DNA from: a virus
Length of the DNA stretch: 16,336 nt
IMG/VR virus record: IMGVR_UViG_3300045988_098925
Strand: one strand, 5' to 3'
The notes under the pieces were generated by a model, which searched no databases, was not told where the DNA came from, and saw nothing but the letters and a program-made list of their open reading frames with translations. Positions 8,914 through 15,652 of the stretch are shown here, piece by piece (position 1 is the first letter of the stretch; each line of letters starts with the position of its first letter). A program made the translations under genes and the position numbers.

Positions 8914-9103
8914 TCTTTCCACCTCCTAAGTGCTGGCAAAGCGAATTAATCGCGGTTGTATTCGCTTCTACACTTTTCCGTAATTCTTCCATTTCTTCCT
9001 TGTGTGCGTCTTTTTCTTTCACCAGATACCAAAAAAGCGCGCCGCAACAAACGATTGGAAAACCGAGACTGCCAATTAACTGTGTTACCATCGTCACATC
9101 CAT
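8906..9103 (-). CDS. Holin, BhlA/UviB-like (single N-terminal TM segment plus charged coiled tail)
   Basis: 65 aa. TQLIGSLGFPIVCCGALFWYLVKEKDAHKEE has the BhlA-type architecture. The gene sits immediately upstream of the endolysin and overlaps it by 8 nt. RBS GGAGGTGG. Confidence 0.7.
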   Translation of the reverse strand: MDVTMVTQLIGSLGFPIVCCGALFWYLVKEKDAHKEEMEELRKSVEANTTAINSLCQHLGGGKNE

Positions 9104-9384
9104 TCTTCCACCTCCGTATCATTCCATTTCAACCAGTCCTCAATCTCACTAACTTTATCACACATAATAAAGTTATGAATGAATCGGATTGGCGATTTAC
9201 TGTTATAAGAGTTGCCATCCATGAAAAAATAATCCCATAAGTAACGGATATGAGATTCATAATTTTCATGTGGGACGAGAATCAACGTGTCTTTCTCATC
9301 CCCTCTATAACGGACCGTATAAGCAAGGTAGGAATTTTCTTTTTTCATCATTCCGACAATCATATTAAAAACGATATTCGCCAT
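9094..9384 (-). CDS. Hypothetical protein, first gene after the 9496-9524 promoter
   Basis: ORF with AAGGAG 5 nt upstream of the ATG at 9384. The track start at 9408 lies in the structured leader and has no RBS. It overlaps the holin start by 10 nt. No motif was recognised. Confidence 0.55.
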   Translation of the reverse strand: MANIVFNMIVGMMKKENSYLAYTVRYRGDEKDTLILVPHENYESHIRYLWDYFFMDGNSYNSKSPIRFIHNFIMCDKVSEIEDWLKWNDTEVEEWM

Positions 9385-9406
9385 TTCTGCTCCTTTCTTC
9401 CTGTCC

Positions 9407-9489
9407 ATTAAAACAAGGAAACCTTTTGACCTGCCAAGGACAGGGCGGTTTACTCAACCGTGGCAACCCCTTTTAAAAGGTTTCCCCGT
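9407..9489 (-). ncRNA. Candidate structured RNA or attenuator: 11-bp outer helix enclosing two small hairpins, followed by a U-tract
   Basis: On the minus strand GGAAACCUUUU (9485-9475) pairs perfectly with AAAAGGUUUCC (9427-9417). Inside are CGGUU-GAGUA-AACCG and CCUG-UCCUUGG-CAGG hairpins. UUGUUUUAAU (9416-9407) follows the outer helix. The element begins about 4 nt after the predicted transcription start of the upstream promoter. Confidence 0.35.
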
Positions 9490-9495
9490 ATTTTT

Positions 9496-9524
9496 ATGAT
9501 ACATCTTTTTTATCCGTATGTCAA
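9496..9524 (-). promoter_or_regulatory. Sigma-A-type promoter (TTGACA-17 nt-TATCAT) reading leftward
   Basis: On the minus strand the -35 TTGACA is at 9524-9519, followed by an exact 17-nt spacer and the -10 TATCAT at 9501-9496. It lies in the gap between the ATPase stop (9549) and the next gene. Confidence 0.5.
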
Positions 9525-9548
9525 GTACATTTGTCCGTCTCCCACGAA

Positions 9549-10715
9549 CTATTTATAAAGATCAATCCCTAGTAACTCAACCGCCATATTCTTGCTGTCT
9601 AGATCGTCAAACCGCAAATATGCTTTGCGGTATGCGTCAACTAGATTTTCAAACAAATAATCATAGTGTTCCAACATAACCGTGTTTTGGGTATGATCAC
9701 CGTCCCGAAAAACCGCGACAAAATTACAAGACGGGTTATAGTTGTGCGTGATATAGATATACCCCTCTTCGTAATACTCATATACCCCATAACTTTTTCC
9801 ACTATGCTCGATGGTGAACAGATACCGCGACCGTCCGGTCGGCTTTTGTACAAACACGGCATCATCAATCAACATCTGATCTCCAACACTCATGCTTTGC
9901 ATATAGTGACCGCCGCGGAATGCTTTCAAAGCAGTATTCTCCCACATGGCTTTACTGGCACTGTCATTGTGAGTAAACTCACACACAAAACCGCTCCCAT
10001 GCAGCATTTTTGTTTCTTTCTGGTATCTCTTATGGATACCAAAAAATACAAAATAGGGATTGAGCAACGAAATATTATTGGATGCCATCACCAGTTTAAA
10101 CCATCGGGACTGACTTCCGTTTCCGCGGCTAATCGTCAATAGCAACGATTGCAGTTTTTCAGATTCCCCTTTTACGTATTGTCCGCTTTCCATGCTGAAC
10201 TCGTCAAAAAACAAAAAGTAGATATCCCGAAAATACGGAGACAATTTTTTTACACTGTCCATCTTACTTCCAAAACTAAACGCGCATCCGAATGGCACGC
10301 CGTCCAGAAAATACCGCACAACATTTCCGTTTTTGTCCAGATTTTTATAGGTAATCACACTTCCTAATTTAGGATACATTCTTAGCATATCTTCGTACAT
10401 CGCCGCCGCTCCCGTCATTTCCCCTTTCGTCCGGAAAATCCATCCGGTCTGCAAACCATATTCTTTGCACAAAATACAACTCGCCGCGGCGAACGCACTT
10501 GTCTTTCCGGCACTACGGTTAGAACACGTAATTGCCACGCCTGCGAACTCCCCGTCCACGTCCGGCTCCGTAAACAACCGAATCGGATTGTAATACTGAA
10601 TCGGCTTGCCATCATCCGATACCGATTCAAATTTCACGCCATAATCTGCAAAAAGTTTTTCCCATTTGATATCATTCCAAAAAATCATTGTTTCACGTGA
10701 AACATTTTGTTTCAC
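9549..10715 (-). CDS. DNA encapsidation (packaging) ATPase, phi29 gp16-like
   Basis: 388 aa with Walker A CSNRSAGKTS (nt 10497-10514) and Walker B IYFLFFDEF. The start is ambiguous. The GTG at 10715 is only 2 nt after AGGAGG, and the first in-frame ATG is at 10688. Stop TAG. Confidence 0.8.
   Translation of the reverse strand: MKQNVSRETMIFWNDIKWEKLFADYGVKFESVSDDGKPIQYYNPIRLFTEPDVDGEFAGVAITCSNRSAGKTSAFAAASCILCKEYGLQTGWIFRTKGEMTGAAAMYEDMLRMYPKLGSVITYKNLDKNGNVVRYFLDGVPFGCAFSFGSKMDSVKKLSPYFRDIYFLFFDEFSMESGQYVKGESEKLQSLLLTISRGNGSQSRWFKLVMASNNISLLNPYFVFFGIHKRYQKETKMLHGSGFVCEFTHNDSASKAMWENTALKAFRGGHYMQSMSVGDQMLIDDAVFVQKPTGRSRYLFTIEHSGKSYGVYEYYEEGYIYITHNYNPSCNFVAVFRDGDHTQNTVMLEHYDYLFENLVDAYRKAYLRFDDLDSKNMAVELLGIDLYK
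10689..10715. promoter_or_regulatory. Three copies of an 8-mer (TGTTTCAC / GTGAAACA / TGTTTCAC) spanning the ATPase initiation region
   Basis: 10689-10704 is a perfect 16-bp palindrome, TGTTTCACGTGAAACA. A third copy of the half-site at 10708-10715 includes the GTG start. In mRNA the central copy can pair with either flanking copy. Confidence 0.5.
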
Positions 10716-10805
10716 TTCCTCCTTTCTAGCATTTCCACAACACGCGCACCGCGTCCCGCATAATCTATGTTAACCGCCAGTTCCCCGCCAGCAAAACCGC
10801 AGACA

Positions 10806-10835
10806 ATCTCACGTTTATCGCACGATGATCGCACG
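10806..10835. repeat. Three direct 8-mers (ATCTCACG, ATCGCACG, ATCGCACG) spaced exactly 11 bp apart
   Basis: Copies lie at 10806-10813, 10817-10824 and 10828-10835 in the noncoding region upstream of the ATPase gene. The 11-bp spacing places them on one face of the helix. Confidence 0.6.
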
Positions 10836-10880
10836 TTTTGACTGCGGATGGACGGCGGTGAAAGGCAGAGATTCGCTGGG

Positions 10881-10914
10881 TATAAAAAGAGCTACGCTGG
10901 AAAAACGTAGCTCT
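10881..10914 (-). terminator. Rho-independent terminator ending the early operon (potentially bidirectional)
   Basis: Perfect 9-bp stem AGAGCTACG (10888-10896) / CGTAGCTCT (10906-10914) with a 9-nt loop. On the minus strand the stem is followed by TTTTATA, and on the plus strand by TTT. Confidence 0.75.
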
Positions 10915-11026
10915 TTTACACGTATGGAATTTATCTCACACAAGATATAGTAACAATCAACTACAGATAATATAAATACTCAAGTTACCGTCCGCCAGTC
11001 GGGGCGCGTACCCAGTTCATGGTTAC

Positions 11027-11449
11027 TTATTCCATAAATGGGTTAAACTTTTCGGTATCACCGAACTTATGAACGTTTACCGCGGAAAGGTATGCGGTGA
11101 ATCCCTTGTCGCGACGGAACTTGCTTTCTCCGATAGAGATGAACAGGTCAACTACTGCTCCTTTGCCCAGTTCGTCAACACTCGAAACGGTGTCGCTCTC
11201 TACGCCGTCCTCGTAAAAGTCAACGTGGTAATTGGTCTGCGCTTTCACGTACAAACCAGCTTCGGAGGTTTCCTTTGCAGGAATCCATTTCGCTTCTGCG
11301 GCGGCATCTTCCCCAAACTCCTCGATGATTTTTTCAAAAATGGCTTTCTGCTGATCGGCAGAGATAGACGCGGAAAGAACGCTTTTTCCGTCTTCCTCTT
11401 TTGCGTATTTAACAGTTACGTTGTTTAATTTCATTTTAGCTTTGCTCAT
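11027..11449 (-). CDS. Candidate single-stranded DNA-binding protein (OB-fold, gp2.5/DUF2815-like)
   Basis: 140-aa acidic protein in the replication module. The N-terminal beta strand is followed by a charged helix. The C-terminal GKGAVVDLFISIGESKF..KGFTAYLSAVNV pattern and aromatic/acidic tail (FNPFME) resemble phage SSBs. RBS AAAGGAGAA. Confidence 0.4.
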   Translation of the reverse strand: MSKAKMKLNNVTVKYAKEEDGKSVLSASISADQQKAIFEKIIEEFGEDAAAEAKWIPAKETSEAGLYVKAQTNYHVDFYEDGVESDTVSSVDELGKGAVVDLFISIGESKFRRDKGFTAYLSAVNVHKFGDTEKFNPFME

Positions 11450-11554
11450 GATTTCGTTCTCCTTTTTTTGATTTAATTTGTTATGCAGAACCGCGGCGCG
11501 TTGCTTTGATCGTTTACGTCTTATCTGGACTATTCCAGACCGCGGGTTGTGCGC

Positions 11555-11824
11555 TTAGTCCAGTCTTTTTGCTTCTGCAAAAGACTGCTCGTCCGGCATT
11601 CTTTTTGCTTCTGCAAAAAACTGCTCATCCGGCATTTCGTAGCGGGCGGAAACGGTGTCGGTTAAGACACAAACAGAATCTTCTGCGTAGCCTGCGGAAG
11701 TGAGCGCGTTTACTTTTGCTTTCTGAGATTTTAATTCTACGGTGGACTCAAAAAAGCCGATCACCTGTTTTGTGTTTCTGTCAATGACAGAATAGATAAA
11801 TTTTTCGATTTTTGTTCTAACCAT
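11555..11824 (-). CDS. Hypothetical early protein with a duplicated 12-aa C-terminal motif
   Basis: The start is set at the ATG at 11824, which has AAGGAGA 7 nt upstream. The track start at 11899 lies inside the promoter. The protein ends with MPDEQFFAEAKR-MPDEQSFAEAKR-LD. Confidence 0.6.
   Translation of the reverse strand: MVRTKIEKFIYSVIDRNTKQVIGFFESTVELKSQKAKVNALTSAGYAEDSVCVLTDTVSARYEMPDEQFFAEAKRMPDEQSFAEAKRLD
11565..11636. repeat. 2 x 36-bp tandem direct repeat (2 mismatches) inside a CDS
   Basis: 11565-11600 is CTTTTTGCTTCTGCAAAAGACTGCTCGTCCGGCATT and 11601-11636 is CTTTTTGCTTCTGCAAAAAACTGCTCATCCGGCATT. Confidence 0.95.
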
Positions 11825-11866
11825 TTTTTTCTCCTTTTCGTTATGTGGCTGTTTGTTCTTACAAGT

Positions 11867-11899
11867 ATTATAATAGCACTGCCTACCAAAAAAAGTCAA
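11867..11899 (-). promoter_or_regulatory. Sigma-A-type promoter (TTGACT-18 nt-TGcTATTAT, overlapping TATAAT) with T-rich upstream tract
   Basis: On the minus strand the -35 TTGACT is at 11899-11894 and an extended -10 TGCTATTAT ends at 11870. An alternative TATAAT lies at 11872-11867. Long T-tracts upstream (11900-11940) resemble an UP element. Confidence 0.5.
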
Positions 11900-12033
11900 T
11901 AGTTAAAATAAGAAAATAAAAAAAATATCCAAAAATAAAAGCAGGATGGAAAGGTCGAGTTCTTCCTCATGTAACGCCCAGATCGTTGATAATACTAAAA
12001 ACATAAAAAACACAAAATATCTCATATCGTCTC

Positions 12034-14193
12034 CTATTCCGGTAACACTCCGTCTTGAGAGTTTACCAATACTTCATAGTATTCATTCGATACACCTAAG
12101 GTATAAGTGGTATCAAGGATTCCTATATTACTTGCAGTTAATATTTCTTCCCCGTTGACTTTGATGTAATGGGGTTTCGAGTTGTTAAAGCAACTGATTG
12201 TCCGTCCGACATTTTCCATCCGGCGGCAGAGACGGAAATTATTACAGCACTTTAAGTTTTCCGCTCCAAGTTTCTTATTCATGCCAGCGACCGTAGACGT
12301 AAAACGCACGGGGTCTTTGCCAGATTGCGCCGCTTTTTCGTCCCATTCAACGCCGCAGTATTTTTTCGCGCCAAGGGTCTTAAACTGAATGTACAGATCA
12401 TCCATATCCCAGACACCGAGAATATAACGGTTGTCACCAACGTCACAAAACGCAGGAATGTCATTATCAATCGCACGTTTTTCCAGTATTTTGTTTTTGG
12501 CTTCAAATTCTGGAATGTGTACGTCCGGATGTAAAAACTTGATACTATCGGTGTCGCAGTACACGGCATCCATTCCAACCACGTCCAGCATATCTTGTAA
12601 CTGCTTTCTTGCGTGGGCGGTAACATAGATTCCCCATTGATAGTGCAAAAAGCTGTTTTTTCCATCATAGTACGTTTTCAGTGCTTTTTCCGCATCTGCT
12701 TTTTCCCGATGCCATTCTCCCGTAAAAGCATCCATTGCCCATTCGTCCTGCAAAAGATCGGTTACACACATCCCGAACGTGCTGTTTAGTTTATTCTTAG
12801 ATTTCATATATTCATAGACTTTATCGGGATTTCCTTTCAACTGGCTTTTTGCGATAAAAAATGACATCATCGTTTTACGCATACTTTCCGGTAATTTTCC
12901 GCGCGCGGCTACGTAGCACTCCGAGACGGTAAAGAAATCATAGTCGTATTGATTTTTTATGATCGACAAGTCAATTTCCGTCATTGCTATTTCACAGCAA
13001 TCAATAGACAATACGCGTCCATTATCAATCACACAATCTTTCCCGTGCTTCTGACACTTTGACAGCGGGATATACGGGACGGGGATATTTTCTTTCATAC
13101 GCAAGTTGTCAAATTGTACCCGCATGATAACACAACGTGTAGCACACAAATTGTCAAACTGTTCTTGCGATGTAATCTCAACCGCCCGAAACGCACTCAT
13201 GGGATAGTAACCCATTGCTATCTGCGCGGGGTAGCTACTGGAAATATCCATGCTTCCCATTACGATTGCGTTTTCCCCTTTTTTCGCGGTGATCGTGTGC
13301 CCCGCGTGGATGCGGTTGGCGTGCGTGTTGCCGCCGCGGAACGCGTCTTTACAGAGTTGGTACTGCGGTAACGTCAAAGCCAGATCGGCAAATACTCCCG
13401 GATAATAACCGCTATCTGCCTGCATGGCACGGCGGAATTCTCGGCGGACGTAGCCAGTTGATGTAAGGGGGATTTCTGCTAGATTATCCTCTTTTCGTAA
13501 GGCGCGGATGCATTCACACAAGCCGCGAACATCATTATAGCAATATCCCTGTTCAACGTCCGTGAGAGGTGTTGTTGGTGTACGTAGTTTTTTGTAATCA
13601 TACGTATCAACAAGTTTATAGTGAGACACTCCCTCACTATTTTCACAGAATTTTGAAAGAGACATATTACTGAGAAAGTAGGAACATCGAAACTCAATCC
13701 CATATTTATACGCATAACATTTCATTACTTTATGAGCATCCCGCGCAAAAATTTCGTCAAATGCTACGAAATCTTTCATAAACTGAAATTCATACGATAA
13801 ATTATGAACGTATACTACAGCACGTTTCGTATCAGAAGTTTCCAAATACAAATGCAGTTTTTCGCAGAATGAAAGAAACTCGTTCCATGTGCGACCGAAG
13901 CATACCGTATCTTTCAAACAGAACTGCCATTGATACAGATACGCTGTACCTTTTACCACTTTTTCACCTGTTTTGTTATAGCGTTCGTAATCGAGTTTTT
14001 CTAACGTAGTTGTCTCGATATCAAACGCCATTTCCACGTCATAATAGACGATAGGTTTTTTCTTTCTTCCACGCTTGCGGCATTCGCGCAAAGTCTGGAA
14101 ATCAGAAAATGGAAAATCATTACATGAATACACTGTTTCTATTGCTGTAGTTTCTGTTCCATTTACTTGTATCGGTACTTCCAATTCATACAT
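12034..14193 (-). CDS. Family B DNA polymerase, protein-primed type
   Basis: 719 aa with Exo I FDIETTT, Exo II YCYNDVRGL, motif A DISSSYPA, motif B KNKLNSTFGM, motif C YCDTDS (nt 12544-12561) and a KxY motif LGAKKYCG. It occurs in a genome with long ITRs and no primase or helicase. Confidence 0.92.
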   Translation of the reverse strand: MYELEVPIQVNGTETTAIETVYSCNDFPFSDFQTLRECRKRGRKKKPIVYYDVEMAFDIETTTLEKLDYERYNKTGEKVVKGTAYLYQWQFCLKDTVCFGRTWNEFLSFCEKLHLYLETSDTKRAVVYVHNLSYEFQFMKDFVAFDEIFARDAHKVMKCYAYKYGIEFRCSYFLSNMSLSKFCENSEGVSHYKLVDTYDYKKLRTPTTPLTDVEQGYCYNDVRGLCECIRALRKEDNLAEIPLTSTGYVRREFRRAMQADSGYYPGVFADLALTLPQYQLCKDAFRGGNTHANRIHAGHTITAKKGENAIVMGSMDISSSYPAQIAMGYYPMSAFRAVEITSQEQFDNLCATRCVIMRVQFDNLRMKENIPVPYIPLSKCQKHGKDCVIDNGRVLSIDCCEIAMTEIDLSIIKNQYDYDFFTVSECYVAARGKLPESMRKTMMSFFIAKSQLKGNPDKVYEYMKSKNKLNSTFGMCVTDLLQDEWAMDAFTGEWHREKADAEKALKTYYDGKNSFLHYQWGIYVTAHARKQLQDMLDVVGMDAVYCDTDSIKFLHPDVHIPEFEAKNKILEKRAIDNDIPAFCDVGDNRYILGVWDMDDLYIQFKTLGAKKYCGVEWDEKAAQSGKDPVRFTSTVAGMNKKLGAENLKCCNNFRLCRRMENVGRTISCFNNSKPHYIKVNGEEILTASNIGILDTTYTLGVSNEYYEVLVNSQDGVLPE

Positions 14194-14200
14194 ATTTTCC

Positions 14201-14779
14201 CTACTTTAATTTTGTTCGTTTTTTCGCAAACAATTCCTCTTTTGTTATATAACCATCGAGATACAATTGATAATCTTTTTTAATATCCTTATAATCAAGT
14301 TTAGGATCGTCTATTTTTTCTACAAAGTCATCTATAATTTGATTGGACGCAAGTTCTTTACGAAGATTCTTTCTGTATAAATTTGATGACAGAAAATGAT
14401 ACAAGTCTTTATAGTTATCTTCTGTTACAACCGCATTAATTTTTTTCTTAGATTTATCAAACCTCCGCTGAAATTCTGCGATTTTATAACCACTTACTGT
14501 AGTTTCTGGTGCGTTCAAAAAAGCAACCATGGTGTCCCATTCCTGCCGAATGGATGCATCCGAACGCTTAACGCCTTTCAAGAAACGATTTTTTTCACGC
14601 CCTTGTGAAGCAAAAAATTCTTTTACGCGTCCATACGCCCATTGGTCGCGCGCGTGAATTTTTTCCAGTTTGGCAAGGCGGCTATTTGCCGCCTGCGCAA
14701 CGCGTGGAAGTTCGCGTTTGATCTGGTCGAGGGAGAGATCGAGTTCCTGGTAGATAGAATAATCTTTCGACTGCGGCAT
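14201..14779 (-). CDS. Candidate terminal protein (by position and composition only)
   Basis: 192-aa lysine/arginine-rich helical protein encoded immediately upstream of the polymerase, matching the gp3-gp2 order of phi29. RBS AAGGGGGTG. I could not verify any sequence similarity. Confidence 0.35.
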   Translation of the reverse strand: MPQSKDYSIYQELDLSLDQIKRELPRVAQAANSRLAKLEKIHARDQWAYGRVKEFFASQGREKNRFLKGVKRSDASIRQEWDTMVAFLNAPETTVSGYKIAEFQRRFDKSKKKINAVVTEDNYKDLYHFLSSNLYRKNLRKELASNQIIDDFVEKIDDPKLDYKDIKKDYQLYLDGYITKEELFAKKRTKLK

Positions 14780-15010
14780 TTATTCGCACCCCCTTATAAA
14801 TATTCGTAAGACTCCGTTGACTATTTCAAACCCTATTGCTTCTTCTGACAAGTAATTTTCACGTTTGACAGGATAGATTTTTGCACAGTCCATGTCAAAT
14901 GATGCTACTAATACATAATGTTCTTCGTTAAACACACTAACACTTGCATAGATTTCAACTCTAATGCGGTCAAAACCTTTATACATACGGACAAAATCTT
15001 TTACTCTCAT
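14780..15010 (-). CDS. Hypothetical early protein
   Basis: 76-aa ORF with RBS AAGGAGGT 4 nt upstream. Its stop abuts the next gene's ATG (TAAATG). Confidence 0.6.
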   Translation of the reverse strand: MRVKDFVRMYKGFDRIRVEIYASVSVFNEEHYVLVASFDMDCAKIYPVKRENYLSEEAIGFEIVNGVLRIFIRGCE

Positions 15011-15020
15011 AATTACCTCC

Positions 15021-15371
15021 TTAATAATAACACTGTTCTTCTGAGCCTACTTTTGAATATAATGGACACATGGTACAATTATCATTCGCGGCACAAACAG
15101 CACGGTGAGAAACTTCGATATAATAAGCTTTCAACGCATAACGTGTAGAAAGATTGTTATGTAAGTTTACAGTAAAGCCTTTACCAAAATTACCTTTATA
15201 TGGCACTGGTTTACAGAATGAATTCTTTTTAACGTAGCCATTTGTAAGAGACGCATGGTCATACACGTAAATATGGATATTCCCGTCAATATCTTCCTGT
15301 TTTACATATAAAGGTATATCCTCCATTTTCGCTGGTACGGTATACAGTTTTTCTAAAGCTAAAGTTTTCAT
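15021..15371 (-). CDS. Hypothetical early protein, Cys-rich C-terminus
   Basis: 116-aa ORF with RBS GAAAGGAAA. The C-terminal CAANDNCTMCPLYSKVGSEEQC could bind metal. No family was recognised. Confidence 0.55.
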   Translation of the reverse strand: MKTLALEKLYTVPAKMEDIPLYVKQEDIDGNIHIYVYDHASLTNGYVKKNSFCKPVPYKGNFGKGFTVNLHNNLSTRYALKAYYIEVSHRAVCAANDNCTMCPLYSKVGSEEQCYY

Positions 15372-15417
15372 AGCAAATTTCCTTTCTGCCCGTTACGCCG
15401 ATAGCACAGCAGATATA

Positions 15418-15606
15418 TTAATCAAAACTATAAAGCGGTGCTTCCTTATACACCTCTCTGTATAAGTCATCAAAAGCAACCCATCTAGTCAATGCTTTCT
15501 GTGCTTGCATGCTAGATTGTCCATAATAGTTTTCCATTATTTTAAGCATATCCCACGATTCATTGCATCTTTCATTTAATACGGTTTTAATTTCTTCTAC
15601 TGTCAT
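15418..15606 (-). CDS. Hypothetical early protein
   Basis: 62-aa ORF with a purine-rich RBS (GGGGAGAAAGAGAG). It is preceded by the conserved 31-nt leader motif. Confidence 0.5.
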   Translation of the reverse strand: MTVEEIKTVLNERCNESWDMLKIMENYYGQSSMQAQKALTRWVAFDDLYREVYKEAPLYSFD

Positions 15607-15652
15607 TATTATCTCTCTTTCTCCCCGTACTGCCGATAGGTCAGCATGTTAT

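Noticed and set aside
8914-8922. N-terminal extensions given by the ORF track (starts at 3039, 8922, 9408 and 11899)
   Set aside because: In each case a downstream ATG (3006, 8913, 9384, 11824) has a canonical AGGAG-type RBS at 4-7 nt. The extended start lies within an RBS, a promoter or the upstream gene.
9417-9485. tRNA gene
   Set aside because: The element is about tRNA size, but its closing helix is 11 bp rather than 7. It has two internal hairpins rather than three, and I could identify no T-loop or D-loop consensus or anticodon arm.
11940-11975. Rho-independent terminator after the polymerase gene
   Set aside because: A U-rich tract (CUUUUAUUUUUGG on the minus strand) is present. The preceding sequence forms only a weak 4-5 bp stem with a wobble pair, which is not enough to call a terminator.
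12279-12668. Minus-strand ORFs in alternative frames inside larger genes (12279..12668 and 13479..13715 in the polymerase, 9641..9868 and 10415..10630 in the ATPase, 6080..6292 in the capsid gene)
   Set aside because: They are nested out of frame inside genes whose main frame carries the diagnostic motifs. They have no RBS, so they are treated as chance ORFs.
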